Assembly: GCF_035084215.1 (NCBI RefSeq)
Contig: NC_090353.1
Span: 18,910,001-18,974,000 of the forward strand
Direction: 5' to 3'
DNA: 64,000 bases
From: Heptranchias perlo
Taxonomy: Eukaryota
Below are positions 54,401 through 64,000 of the stretch, piece by piece. The notes under the pieces are model-generated. The model was given only the letters and a program-made list of their open reading frames with translations, had not been told where the DNA came from and ran no database searches. Made by a program: the position numbers and the translations under genes. Numbering within the stretch: the first letter of the stretch is position 1; every line of letters begins with the position of its first letter.

Positions 54401-56318
54401 TCAATGACCTTCCCTCCATCATAAGGTCAGAAATGGGGATGTTTGCTGATGATTGCACAGTGTTCAGTTCCATTCCCAACCCCTCAGATAATGAAGCAGT
54501 CCGAGCCCACATGCAGCAAGACCTGGACAACATACAGGCTTGGGCTGATAAGTGGCAAGTAACATTCACACCAGACAAGTGCCAGGCAATGACCATCTCC
54601 AACAAGAGAGAGTCTAACCACCTCCCCTTGATATGCAACGGCATTACCATTGCCAAATCCCCCACCGTCAACATCCTGGGGGTAACCATTGACCAAAAAC
54701 TTAACTGGACCAGCCACATAAATACTGTGGCTACAAGAGCAGGTGAGAGGCTGGGTATTCTGCGGCGAGTAACTCAACTCGTGACTCCTCAAGGCCTTTC
54801 CACCATCTACAAAGCACAAGTCAGGAGTGTGATGGAATACTATCCACTTGCCTGGATGAGTGCAGCTCCAACAACACTCAAGAAGCTCGACACCATCCAG
54901 GACAAAGCAGCCCACTTGATTGGCACCCCATCCACCACCCTAACATTCACTCCCTTCACTACCGGCGCACCGTGGCTGCAGTGTGTACCATCCACAGGAG
55001 CACTGCAGCAACTCCAAGGCTTCTTCGACAGCACCTCCCAAACCCGCAACCTCTACCACCTAGAAGGACAAGGGCAGCAGGCACATGGGAAGAACACCAC
55101 CTGCACGTTCCCCTCCAAGTCACACACCATCCCGACTTGGAAATATATCGCCTTTCCTTCATCGTTGCTGGGTCAAAATCCTGGAACTCCCTACCTAACA
55201 GCAGTGTGGGAGAATCTTCACCACACGGACTGCAGCGGTTCAAGAAGGCGGCTCACCACCACCTTCTCAAGGGCAATTAGGGATGGGCAATAAATGTTGG
55301 CCTTGCCAGCGATGCCCACATCCCATGAAAGAATTTTTAAAAATGTTGCGTGTTAGTGCAGGAGAAGTGTCTTTGACATTTCGAGGAGAAAAGTAAAGTT
55401 TATAATCACTGACCTTCTACTGTTCTTTTACCTGTTTAATATTTGATGAATTTGTCTAGCAGTTTATGGTGTGAGCCATAATCTAATACAGTGTATATTC
55501 CTCTCTCTCTGAAGTGTAGGAGGACATGTAGCGACAAGTTGCAGTAAGCCAGACTGCAATGATAAGGGTTTTCTGTTTGACCCCTAGCACTCAATGTTTA
55601 CTAGATATTGGACAGGAAAGGCATACTCTGGTTCAAAAGGGATGCCAGATCTTCTTACAGGAATGACCGGTGACGCTGAACCCAAGTAAAAACCTAAAAA
55701 TGTAACACCTCAGCAAAAACTCAGTCGATCAGCATCTCACTCAATTGCAGCTCACAGTAATTTCCCATCTTATGTAACTAGTGGTTGTTGTTCCAGTTTA
55801 AACAAATATGAAACTGATTTTATTAATTTGTAGTTGTACTCGACAGCATTAGTACATTGCTGCCCTTCTATAGGGATATTTGGCTTTGTGTAAACCACAC
55901 CTCCAGGCCAGGTTGATCTCATCAACCAATGCTGAGACATTCCTTTTGTCCTACGTCTTCTTCCAGACAATTTACAGATGACATAGTCATGCACTCTGTA
56001 ATCTACTTATCTACTTTCATGGCTAGGTATTGAGTTTGGTGTTTGGTTTTATTGTGTGAAGGAGACTAAAATACAACAATAAATAAATGAAATCCTATGT
56101 GTCTACACAACTTATCTCATTGTTCTGGATTTTTTTGCAGGCATGTGCTGATTAACATCGCTGTTGTCCATGGCACAACACTGTTTGCATATTTTGATGC
56201 ACTTTATGAAATTCGAGAGACCAACCCAGAAGTGAAATATTGGCCCATAAATTCGCGATGTCTGGGACTACCATACCTTGCTATAGAAACCAAGGATCGT
56301 CTGCGAAAGTCTTGCTGA
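36345..56318 (+). CDS. ACER1: Alkaline ceramidase 1, 6 coding exons, 266 aa
   Basis: join(36345..36437,41018..41132,44262..44400,48229..48366,50212..50349,56141..56318) = 801 nt open frame; DWCE.N, AEFYNT, CREST motifs SAYYH, LDE, HSFWH; ACER1-like FAYQSS, HPYAQKR, NAYALNS.ALHILY. Confidence 0.95.
36511..36581 (+). repeat. Short tandem duplication
   Basis: TTTTAAACT..ATCACAGACTAGAATT twice, 43 nt apart. Confidence 0.7.
37665..39070 (-). mobile_element. L2 3' end split by a CR1 insertion
   Basis: Tail at 37665-37727 resumes at ~38893; homologous to the L2 that hosts the ERV. Confidence 0.7.
37728..38893 (+). mobile_element. CR1 LINE RT region to 3' tail
   Basis: [35 protein letters not shown], tail. 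Confidence 0.92.
39085..39830 (-). mobile_element. Cluster of CR1 3' tails (39085-39265, 39525-39830)
   Basis: GGCCATT.AGCCCCTC / GATTCGGCCCATCG tails; reverse [12 protein letters not shown]. Confidence 0.75.
41018..41132 (+). CDS. ACER1: ACER1 coding exon 2
   Basis: Acceptor TTTACAG; [24 protein letters not shown]...; donor GTGAGT. Confidence 0.95.
41560..41915 (-). mobile_element. Old CR1 RT fragment
   Basis: RKQRVAIN...[16 protein letters not shown], a degenerate [10 protein letters not shown]. Confidence 0.7.
43291..43525. mobile_element. Palindromic Penelope-like insertion (family A) in ACER1 intron 2
   Basis: Long inverted arms around ~43423-43433; 12-bp TSD TATTGCTGATTA (43279-43290, 43526-43537). 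Confidence 0.8.
43438..43476 (+). ncRNA. Minimal hammerhead ribozyme motif (mirror copy on - strand)
   Basis: UUCAC-CUGAGGA-A-GGAGG(UAG)CCUCC-GAAA-GC-UU-GUGAA; Watson-Crick stems I and II. Confidence 0.72.
44262..44400 (+). CDS. ACER1: ACER1 coding exon 3
   Basis: [25 protein letters not shown]...; acceptor ATAG, donor GTAATG. Confidence 0.95.
44800..45200 (+). mobile_element. Degraded fragment of the 53735-type LINE family
   Basis: [12 protein letters not shown]...LRKLNTIQ matches [13 protein letters not shown]...LKKLDTIQ. Confidence 0.75.
48229..48366 (+). CDS. ACER1: ACER1 coding exon 4
   Basis: [38 protein letters not shown]...; polypyrimidine-CAG acceptor, donor GTAAGA. Confidence 0.95.
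48685..49050 (-). mobile_element. Deu-domain SINE
   Basis: Reverse complement of the 17816 element (AGTGCCATGGGATCTTTTACACCCACCTGA; CCACTGAGCC A-box end). Confidence 0.8.
50212..50349 (+). CDS. ACER1: ACER1 coding exon 5
   Basis: ...[24 protein letters not shown]; acceptor TTTTTCAG, donor GTAAAA; not in the ORF list. Confidence 0.95.
51030..51365 (+). repeat. Degenerate ~60-bp tandem motif
   Basis: Recurrent GGGGCTGAAGACAATTAAAT...AATAATT..CAGGGG. Confidence 0.55.
52935..53645 (+). mobile_element. CR1 LINE 3' part
   Basis: ORF 53192-53569; highly similar to the 5383-5970 copy. Confidence 0.92.
53735..55340 (+). mobile_element. 5'-truncated CR1-clade LINE (distinct family) with nearly intact RT
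   Basis: 461-aa ORF: [40 protein letters not shown]; frameshift near 54945; tail GGGATGGGCAATAAATG. Confidence 0.92.
56141..56318 (+). CDS. ACER1: ACER1 coding exon 6
   Basis: Acceptor TTTTTTTGCAG; HVLINI...KYWP...GLPY...C*. Confidence 0.95.
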
Positions 56319-56629
56319 CGGGGTTGTGCATTATTAAATGATACTAAACACTTTATTAATCAGTGCCTACATATAATAATATAGAGTTACTATGGGGATT
56401 TTATTGATGGTAGATGGAAAGAGCCTAATCTGCATTGATATATTTGTCTTTTATTTACACTGTTCACAATATTGTTGGCCATGCATTATTGATAGAAGCC
56501 TTGGGTCAGATTTTAAAATTTGGAGCATTTATTTCTATTTTAATTATTTCTAATTTATTTATTTTTCTGTGTTCATCAGGTGAAGGCTGGAGAATACATT
56601 TTTTAAAAACTTTCTATGCCCAATGTTTA

Positions 56630-57025
56630 CCTTCGAGCAGAGAATGTTAAGGGGAGATTTAACAGAGGTGTTCAAAATCATGAAGGATTTTGATAGAGTA
56701 AATAAGGAGAAACTGTTTTCACTGGCAGGAGGGTCAGTTACCAGAGGATACTGATTTAAGATAATTGGCAAAAGAGCTAGAGGAGATCTGAGGAGAAATG
56801 TTTGTACTCAACAAGTTATGATCTGGAATGCACTACCTGAAAGGGTGGAGGAAACAGATTCAATAGTAACTTTCAAAAGGGAATTGGATAAATACTTGAA
56901 AAGGAAAAATTTGCAGAGCTATGGGGAAAGAGCAGGGGAGTGAGACTAAGTGGATAGTTCTTTCAAAGAGCTAGCACAGGCACGATGGGCTGAATGGCCT
57001 CCTTCTGTGGTATATGACTCTATGT
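56630..57025 (+). mobile_element. CR1 3' fragment in or near the ACER1 3' UTR
   Basis: LRGDLTEVFKIMKDFDRV..EKLF; GGGCTGAATGGCCTCCTTCTG tail. Confidence 0.85.
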
Positions 57026-60000
57026 CAGTATAAGCATTCCTGGGCAACTTATTGCATGGATCATTAGTAGGAAAAAGCTCCTTCTGAAAGAATATGATAT
57101 TCCAGTTTCCGAAACCAGCCATCCTTCTGGGCTCCCTGAAGGAAGAATGACAGATTAGTGTGAGTTATGGGTAATTTGTACTGTGTTCTCCTGTCCATGA
57201 AGAACTGAGGGGACAAAACCCCATTTTACCCCAAGCTGGGGAAAATACCTATTTTAATTATTATTGAATACCCACTAATGAAATTGCAGGAATGTATATC
57301 TTTTGAAATGTATCCTTTCTACAAAAACGATTTTGTTGGTATGATCATATATTACCCAATCGCAATGCGAGACTTATGAGCCACTTAACAAGAATGAGTG
57401 TTGAAAAGTTTCTTCATTCAGCTCTGGAGTGTGCAATTCATAGAAACATAGAATTTACAGCACAGAAGGAAGCCATTTGACTCATCATACACAACTGAAC
57501 CTGCTTACTCTACTCCTATATTCTAACAGTCTCCTTATATCTGCTTGTTTTCCTTTTTAAATACTTATCCAATTACACTTTAAATAACATTCTCAATAGC
57601 CACTCATAGTAAAGCATTCCTTGTTCTAATAACCATCTGTAAGCATTTCATTTTCTAATAACTGTCTGAAAAAACTCTTAACTTTCCCCTTCTTTCGTGT
57701 CATGATAATCTGAGTCTATGCCCCCTTATTACTGATTCAACAAACAGTGGAAAAATCTTTCATGGTTTATCCTCACAAAATTTGTCATAATTTTGGAAAC
57801 CTCTATTCGAACCCACCTCAATCATCTCTGAGTTTCCTGGTGATGTTTGTATATTTTGCCAGACTGACAGTTTCAGTAAGACAAATTCAAAGTGTACAAT
57901 CATCTTTCATAAAAAACAAACATGTAGACGTTTGTAAAGTTAAAATTCTCTATTTCTCACAAGGACATAATGTAACAAGTGGAAAATTACCGGGTTTTGG
58001 GCAGGAGAACAGCAGACAAAGCCAATCTAGAAAATTAGCAAAAGCTGACCAACAGCTTAAAAAGTGTTTGCACAGTACCAAAAAAAAGATGACAACTCAA
58101 AAAACCGCCCTGAATGTTGGCTTATAACTTGGGCTACTGATCTTTGACAACTAAATAGGTTAAATTCTGTTTATCCGAGAATTTGATTGGTGTTTTGGGA
58201 GCTAATTCCACAATTCATCACATTCATGTTTTTCTGTGAAACTGAAGTCCAGTGGTATTGTCAGAACGTGAAAACAAGTAGTTGCACTGAAAGTGCAGTG
58301 GGACAGAGTCATGTTATAAGTTAAGCTACAGGTATACCCAATATTCTATCTCTTGTATTGCAAGAAAGAAAAGTGAAACTGCTTTGTTTTTTTCAGTAGC
58401 TGATAGAGGCATTTCTGAAGGGAATATGGGCGCCAAAAGCAGGGAATTTGTTTTGAGGGAAACTAGGAACATGCACTTCCAGGAAATTTTGATATTTGGC
58501 ACTTCATTTGGTGCATTTTGGAGTCCACTATAATTCTGCATTTCAAACCAAAAAAATCTCAAAAGGTAACATCTCTTTTATATATGGAAGTAAAATAGGT
58601 GTGCAGACTTCAGTACGATTTGAGAGAGTACAGTTCCTTGTATTGAGAATTTAATTCATACATGCCTGTTTTACATGGACAGTTAGCATTCGAGTGGTTT
58701 GACTTTGCGGTCCCGTCTGTTTCACTTCCTCTTGGAAGCTAGTAGTGAGTGGCCATCTGTGCTCATCCTGCTTCTTAAGTGCTTTACAATTTTTATTAGC
58801 CTTCTAAAGGATTACAAAATCTTTGGATTCTGGTCTTTCCCTTCTTTCTCTCCCCAGATCTCTTCATTCTGCTTTCCTGCCTTTTGACCTCACTGACCCA
58901 CCCAACCCAACTGATTTTGACTGACTTGCCTGCCCGGGGAGAAGGAAAAGGCATGGCTTTTATATATCTTAAATTTCACTACAGCAAGCTACCTTCTGGG
59001 ATTAAATGTCCTTTCAATGGTTATCCCTGTCATCTGGGATATATCCTAGGTATCAATCAAATAGATAAGCATACATCAGTAACTATGATGGTCAAATTTC
59101 AAATATTTTTGATGAAAGCCATACCTTCCTGGTCAGTTCACACCTCTTAGTATATCTTATCAATCAGCCACAGCCAGAGGGCCATAAACCAGCTCTTTTG
59201 TTTATCTCTTGGCTAACTTCACAAACAACTTTGACCCATCAAACTGTCTCTTGGGTTGCTGTCAGATTTATGACATTTGCAGTTCCTGTGTCAATCAGTC
59301 ACTTGTTGGTTGTCTCATTTGTGATTTCCTCAACCTCACTTTCTTGTGATCTTGGCTTCCCCGGAATACTAATATTAACCCTTTAGGTTTTCCCAGAATT
59401 CATTACTGGTAGTTCTACCATTTCAATATCCATCTCTGCTGCAAAAAATGAGACATAGTACTTATTTAGTATTCATGTCATTCCCTCAATTTCCATCACA
59501 AACTTGCTTCCTTTATCTCCTTTATGTGCCTAGATAACATTTGGGTTTTGATGGCCTTGCCTGAGCAGAATTTTGTCAATTTATAATATTTCTTATATAT
59601 CAAATCAGCATTTTTAACTTAACATTAAAGCCAGCTATCTGGGATTAGTCTTAACAATGGTCTTCTGAAGTATTAATGAGCTATCAAGAGCTTATGGGAC
59701 ACTCATAGATGTCTTAGAAATGGACAGATACTTTAGAACAGCTAGCTTGAAAAGTGAGTTTTGACTCACAATGGTGGAAGGGATGCATTCCACTGTAAAA
59801 ATTATATTTAAATATTTCATGTGAAATAAACCTATTTGTTGATTTACAATTGTGCCTCGTCTTGCTAGAGTGCTTTTCAGTCTGTCTTCCATAAAGACAG
59901 GAGAACTCATGCAGTGTAAGACTATAGTAGCTGGTATGCCAAAGGGTTTACATTTTGGTCCCTAAGTCACGCTATTGCTTATCTAGATATTGGGCAGTAA

Positions 60001-61009
60001 AAGCGCACTCCCAATTGTACAGGATATGAGGTCAACTGACGTTGAGCCCCAGGGAATATCTAGTGCAGTACCTGTGAAATTTGTATCTTGATTTATGCTC
60101 TTTCCGATCCTTGTTTAAATATTTCCCATTGATGATCCACAGTTCTATTGGCCATTTTTTCCTCCCATTTAATCTGAGCAAGGTATCCATTTATCACATT
60201 ATAATTTGTGATCAACTTTTCTTTTCCTCTTACACTGAACCTAATTATATTGTGGTCACATGTCAAATGTTCCACTACTTTTGATCACCTACTTCTCCAC
60301 TACATTATCTAGAACCAGGTCAGGGAGTACTTCTTTCCTTGTTGGAGTAGCAATGTACTGACTGAAAAACTGTCCTGAACACACTGCAGAAAAAAACCCT
60401 CCCCTTTCTCACTGCAAACATTTTTGCTATCCAAATCTATTTTTGGATAATTAAAATATCCTACTATTATAACTTTATTATTCTAATTTATCTAAAAATT
60501 AGACTTCCACATCTGAGCACTGGATTAACAATCCTGTTTGTATCTCCTCCCCTTTCCCATCATAAATATCCAGTCGTCTACAGACCCTTCTCTCAGTGTA
60601 TCACTTCACACAGGTTTGATTTCTCTCTCCACAGATGCTGTCTGATCTGCTGAGTATTTCCAGCATTTTCCTTTTTTATTTCCCATTTATACTAACTGAT
60701 TGAAGCCACTTCCAATCCTTGCCAAGAACAATGTCTGATGCGGAACAACTTTAGTACAACCATCATTTTAATGAAATTCATAGTGTGCATATGTGCCTAG
60801 TGTTTCTTACCTGCTTTCCCTCTGTGCCAGTGTGTGAAGTGGGAACTGTTAAAGCTAATCTAGTGTTCCTCCTAGATGTTACCTGAGTAGCAGGATGGAA
60901 TGGCTGGTTCCTGATTAATATGAGCCTCTTGGGGCCAAGATGCCCCTCATATTATCACAGCTAAGTGCCGAGATGAACCTGGTGGAAGCTGCACCTTGTG
61001 TGGTGCTGC

Positions 61010-61545
61010 ATAGGAACAGGAGTAGGCCATTCAGCCCCTCAAGCCTGTTCCGCCATTCAATTAGATCATGGCTGATCTTATCTTAACTCCATTTACCCGC
61101 CTTGGTTCCGTAACTGTTGACTAACAAAAATCTATCAATTTCAGTTTTGAAATTTTCAATTGACCCCCAGCCTCAACAGCTTTTTAGGGAGAGAGTTCCA
61201 GATTTCCATTACCCTTTGTGTGAAGAAATGTGTCATGACATCACCCCCGAACAGCCTAGCTCTAATTTTAAGGCTATACTTCCTTGTTCTCGACTACCCC
61301 ACCAGGGGAAATAGTTTCTCTCTATCTACCCCAACAACTCCTTTGATCAACTTAAACACCTCAATTAGATCACCTCTTAATCTTCTATATTCAAGGAAAT
61401 AAAAGCCTATTCTATGAAACCTTTCCTCATAATTTAATCCTTTTAGCCCCGGAATCGTTCTGGTGAATCTTTGCTGCACCCCCTCCAAGGCCAATATATC
61501 CTTCAGAACTAAACGCAGTAATCTAAATGTGGTCTAACCAGAACT
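61010..61545 (-). mobile_element. CR1 3' fragment
   Basis: Minus ORF ALEGVQQRFTR...RRLRGDLIEVFK. Confidence 0.88.
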
Positions 61546-62589
61546 GCATGTGTAAGCTGAGCCTGCTACATTTTGCCGCATCCAAGGAGCTGGTGATCGA
61601 GCACTTATGTGCTGATATCTTGACAGACAGCACCATCATCTGAGGGCATTCCTGCCAAGCTCTTAGTACTGGGCACTTGCCTTGCGTGGTCATGAATCAT
61701 GGGGGAAATAGACCTAACTGTACCAACCAGATTGATGAATCCCTGCCTAGTGGTTGTCCACCCTGCCTCATGGTTGTCAAGTATGTTTAAGCTCTCCAAT
61801 ATGGTGCTTGAGGCCTCTAAGGCAGTAATTTGAGCATCCAGGAAAGAAGCACAGATTGGCTTAGGGCCTCTGTCATGGGGGCTTCCTCTGAAAGTGTCCT
61901 TGGAGCTACCACATATTCTAGAGTGCACTGTAGCAGCATAGATGCAGGTAGTGGACGCCTCCACTGGACCTGCTATGACAAAACAAAGCACTTTTGTCTA
62001 GGATTTAGCGTGGTATGAACTTTTAAAATTCTGTCAAGAGCATAGGGAATTTAAAACTGTCCTAAGCTAGCAGATGCTCAGCACATGAGCCCTGTCAGCT
62101 GCCACATCAAGGACACAGAGCCTGAATCAATGGCATGATATATTTATCAGCATAGGATTTTGGTCTTACCATCACAAATCAAAACTGGTTGAGGGACATG
62201 AAACTGCGGCTGTACCCTTCAGGGTAGACAGGTTTTAATGGGCTAACTCTGTCTCGCTATCTATATCTTTCTGAGTGCTGAGGGACATTTTGAACTACTA
62301 CTGGTCCACTTGCTTCTTGGTCTGTGAGTGATATTGTACCTCGCCTATCATTTATGTTTTTTTCTACTCTAGATATTTCTTGGGTTGAGTGTCTCAGTTC
62401 ACTTTCAGATCAGCCTATGTTCTAGAGGGAGCTTTAACTTGCCCAGATATCTGGTAATTTTTTAGTGTGCCCAGGGATCAAATGGAAAAGCTTCCACTTT
62501 ATTTTGGATTTATCACGTATTTGCACACTGTAGTTTTACAGTGGCTACACTTAATTATCTCAAGTAGAGAATAAAATCGCAACAAATAC

Positions 62590-63397
62590 GCAGTTCTTTG
62601 ATGAAGTAACGAAGAGGGTTGATGAGGGTAATGCGGTTGATGTTGTGTATATGGACTTTCAAAAGGCATTTGATGAAGTACCAAGTCATAATAGACTTGT
62701 AAGCAAAATTAAAGCCCATGAGATTAAAGAAACAGTGGTAGCGTGGATACAAAATTGGCTAAGGGATAGAAAACAGACACTGGTGGTGAACAGTTGTTTT
62801 TCACACTGGAGGGAAGTATACTGTGGTGTTCCCCAGGGGTCGGTATTAGGACCACTGCTCTTTTTGATATATATTAATGACCTGGACTTGGGTATACAGG
62901 GTATAATTTCAAAGAATGCAGATGACACGAAACTTTGAAATGTGGTAAACAATGTAGAGGATAGTAACAGACTTCAGGGGGACCATAGACAGACTGGTGA
63001 AATGGGCAGACTCATGGCAAATTAAATTTAACGCAGAGAAGTGTAAAATGATACATTTTGGTAGGAAGAATGAGGAGAGGCAATATGAACTAAATGGTAC
63101 AATTTTAAAGGGGGTGCAGGAACAGGGAGACCTGGGGGTATATGTACACAAATCTTTGAAGGTGGCAGGACAAGTTGAGAAGGATATGGGAACCTGGGCT
63201 TTATTAATAGAGGCATAGAGTACAAAAGCAAGGAAGTTATGCTGAACCTTTATAAAACAATGGTTGGGCCTCAGCTGGAGTATTATGTTCATTTCTGAAC
63301 ACTATACTTTAGGAAGTACGTAAAGGCCTTAGAGAGGGTGCAGAAGAGATTTACTAGAATGGTACCAGGGACAAGGGACTTCAGTTCTGTGGAGAAA
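62590..63397 (+). mobile_element. CR1 RT fragment
   Basis: [35 protein letters not shown]. Confidence 0.9.
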
Positions 63398-63399
63398 CT

Positions 63400-64000
63400 T
63401 ATACAAATGCACGGAGTATAAGGAATAAATTAAATGAACTACAGGTTCAAATTCAAATTGGAGGGTATGACATGATAGCTATCACTGAGACATGGCTGCA
63501 GGATGGTCAGGATTGAGAACTAAATATACCGGGTTATAAGGTCTACAGGAGAGACAGGGAAAATGGAAGAGGGGGAGAAGTATCCTTAATGATTAGAGAT
63601 GAAATCACTTCAATGATAAAGGAGGATATAACGAGAGGTAAGCAGCCAACAGAGACCTTATGGGTTGAATTGAGAAATAGGAAAGGATCTAAGACTATAG
63701 TGGGAATTGTGTATAGGAGCCCTGGCAGCAGCTCTGAAGTGCTAGATTGTATAAATGCAGAGATTAGACAAGCGTGTAAGAAAGGCATAGTGGTCTTAAT
63801 GGGGAACTTTAACTTTCACATAGATTGGGAAAAGCAGACTAGCAACTGTAAGAAAGGTAGTGAATTTCTTGAGTGTGTTCGGGATAGTTTTCTACAGCAG
63901 TATGTCCTGGAGGCAACAAGGGGGCAAGCTATACTAGATTTAGTAATGAGTAATGAACCAGATTTAGTTAACGGCTTAACTGTACACGAACATCTATCCA
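63400..64000 (+). mobile_element. CR1 ORF2 endonuclease domain (separate copy, runs off the window)
   Basis: NARSIRNK...AITETWL...GIVYR...MGNFN...LDLV APE motifs. Confidence 0.88.

Noticed and set aside
53908-55293. Longest ORF (461 aa) as a host or domesticated gene
   Set aside because: 5'-truncated LINE RT with a frameshifted end and LINE tail; other decayed copies occur in the window.
61560-62000. 128-aa minus ORF, and similar GC-richer patches at 35216-35750 and 42650-42960
   Set aside because: Possibly decayed DNA-transposon interiors, but I found no diagnostic motif or termini.
62590-64000. RT-before-endonuclease order as a novel LINE architecture
   Set aside because: More simply two adjacent or nested CR1 copies; both are broken by stops or frameshifts.

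Overview
Vertebrate (cartilaginous fish, shark-like repeat landscape) genomic DNA, not prokaryotic. Two spliced protein-coding genes lie in tandem on the + strand: a 7-exon ANP32-family gene (15489-31779, 261 aa, CpG-island promoter) and a 6-coding-exon alkaline ceramidase ACER1 (36345-56318, 266 aa). I reconstructed all exons with GT-AG boundaries and consistent phases. Most listed ORFs are fragments of CR1, L2 and related LINEs, Deu-domain SINEs, Penelope-like elements and a Harbinger-type MITE. Most notable: (1) a defective endogenous retrovirus (8506-12111; TG...CA, PPT, 4-bp TSD, near-identical LTR segments) whose decayed env looks foamy/lokiretrovirus/F-protein-like rather than gamma-type, with a second transmembrane ORF before the 3' LTR; (2) palindromic Penelope-like insertions carrying minimal hammerhead ribozyme folds with a compensatory stem change, one nested in a relative, with ~12-bp TSDs; (3) a 57-bp GC-rich VNTR just upstream of the ANP32 start; (4) the ANP32 gene resembles the avian-'ANP32B'/Xenopus-ANP32C paralogue but keeps N129/D130. 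TE boundaries are approximate, and family comparisons are from memory, not from database searches.
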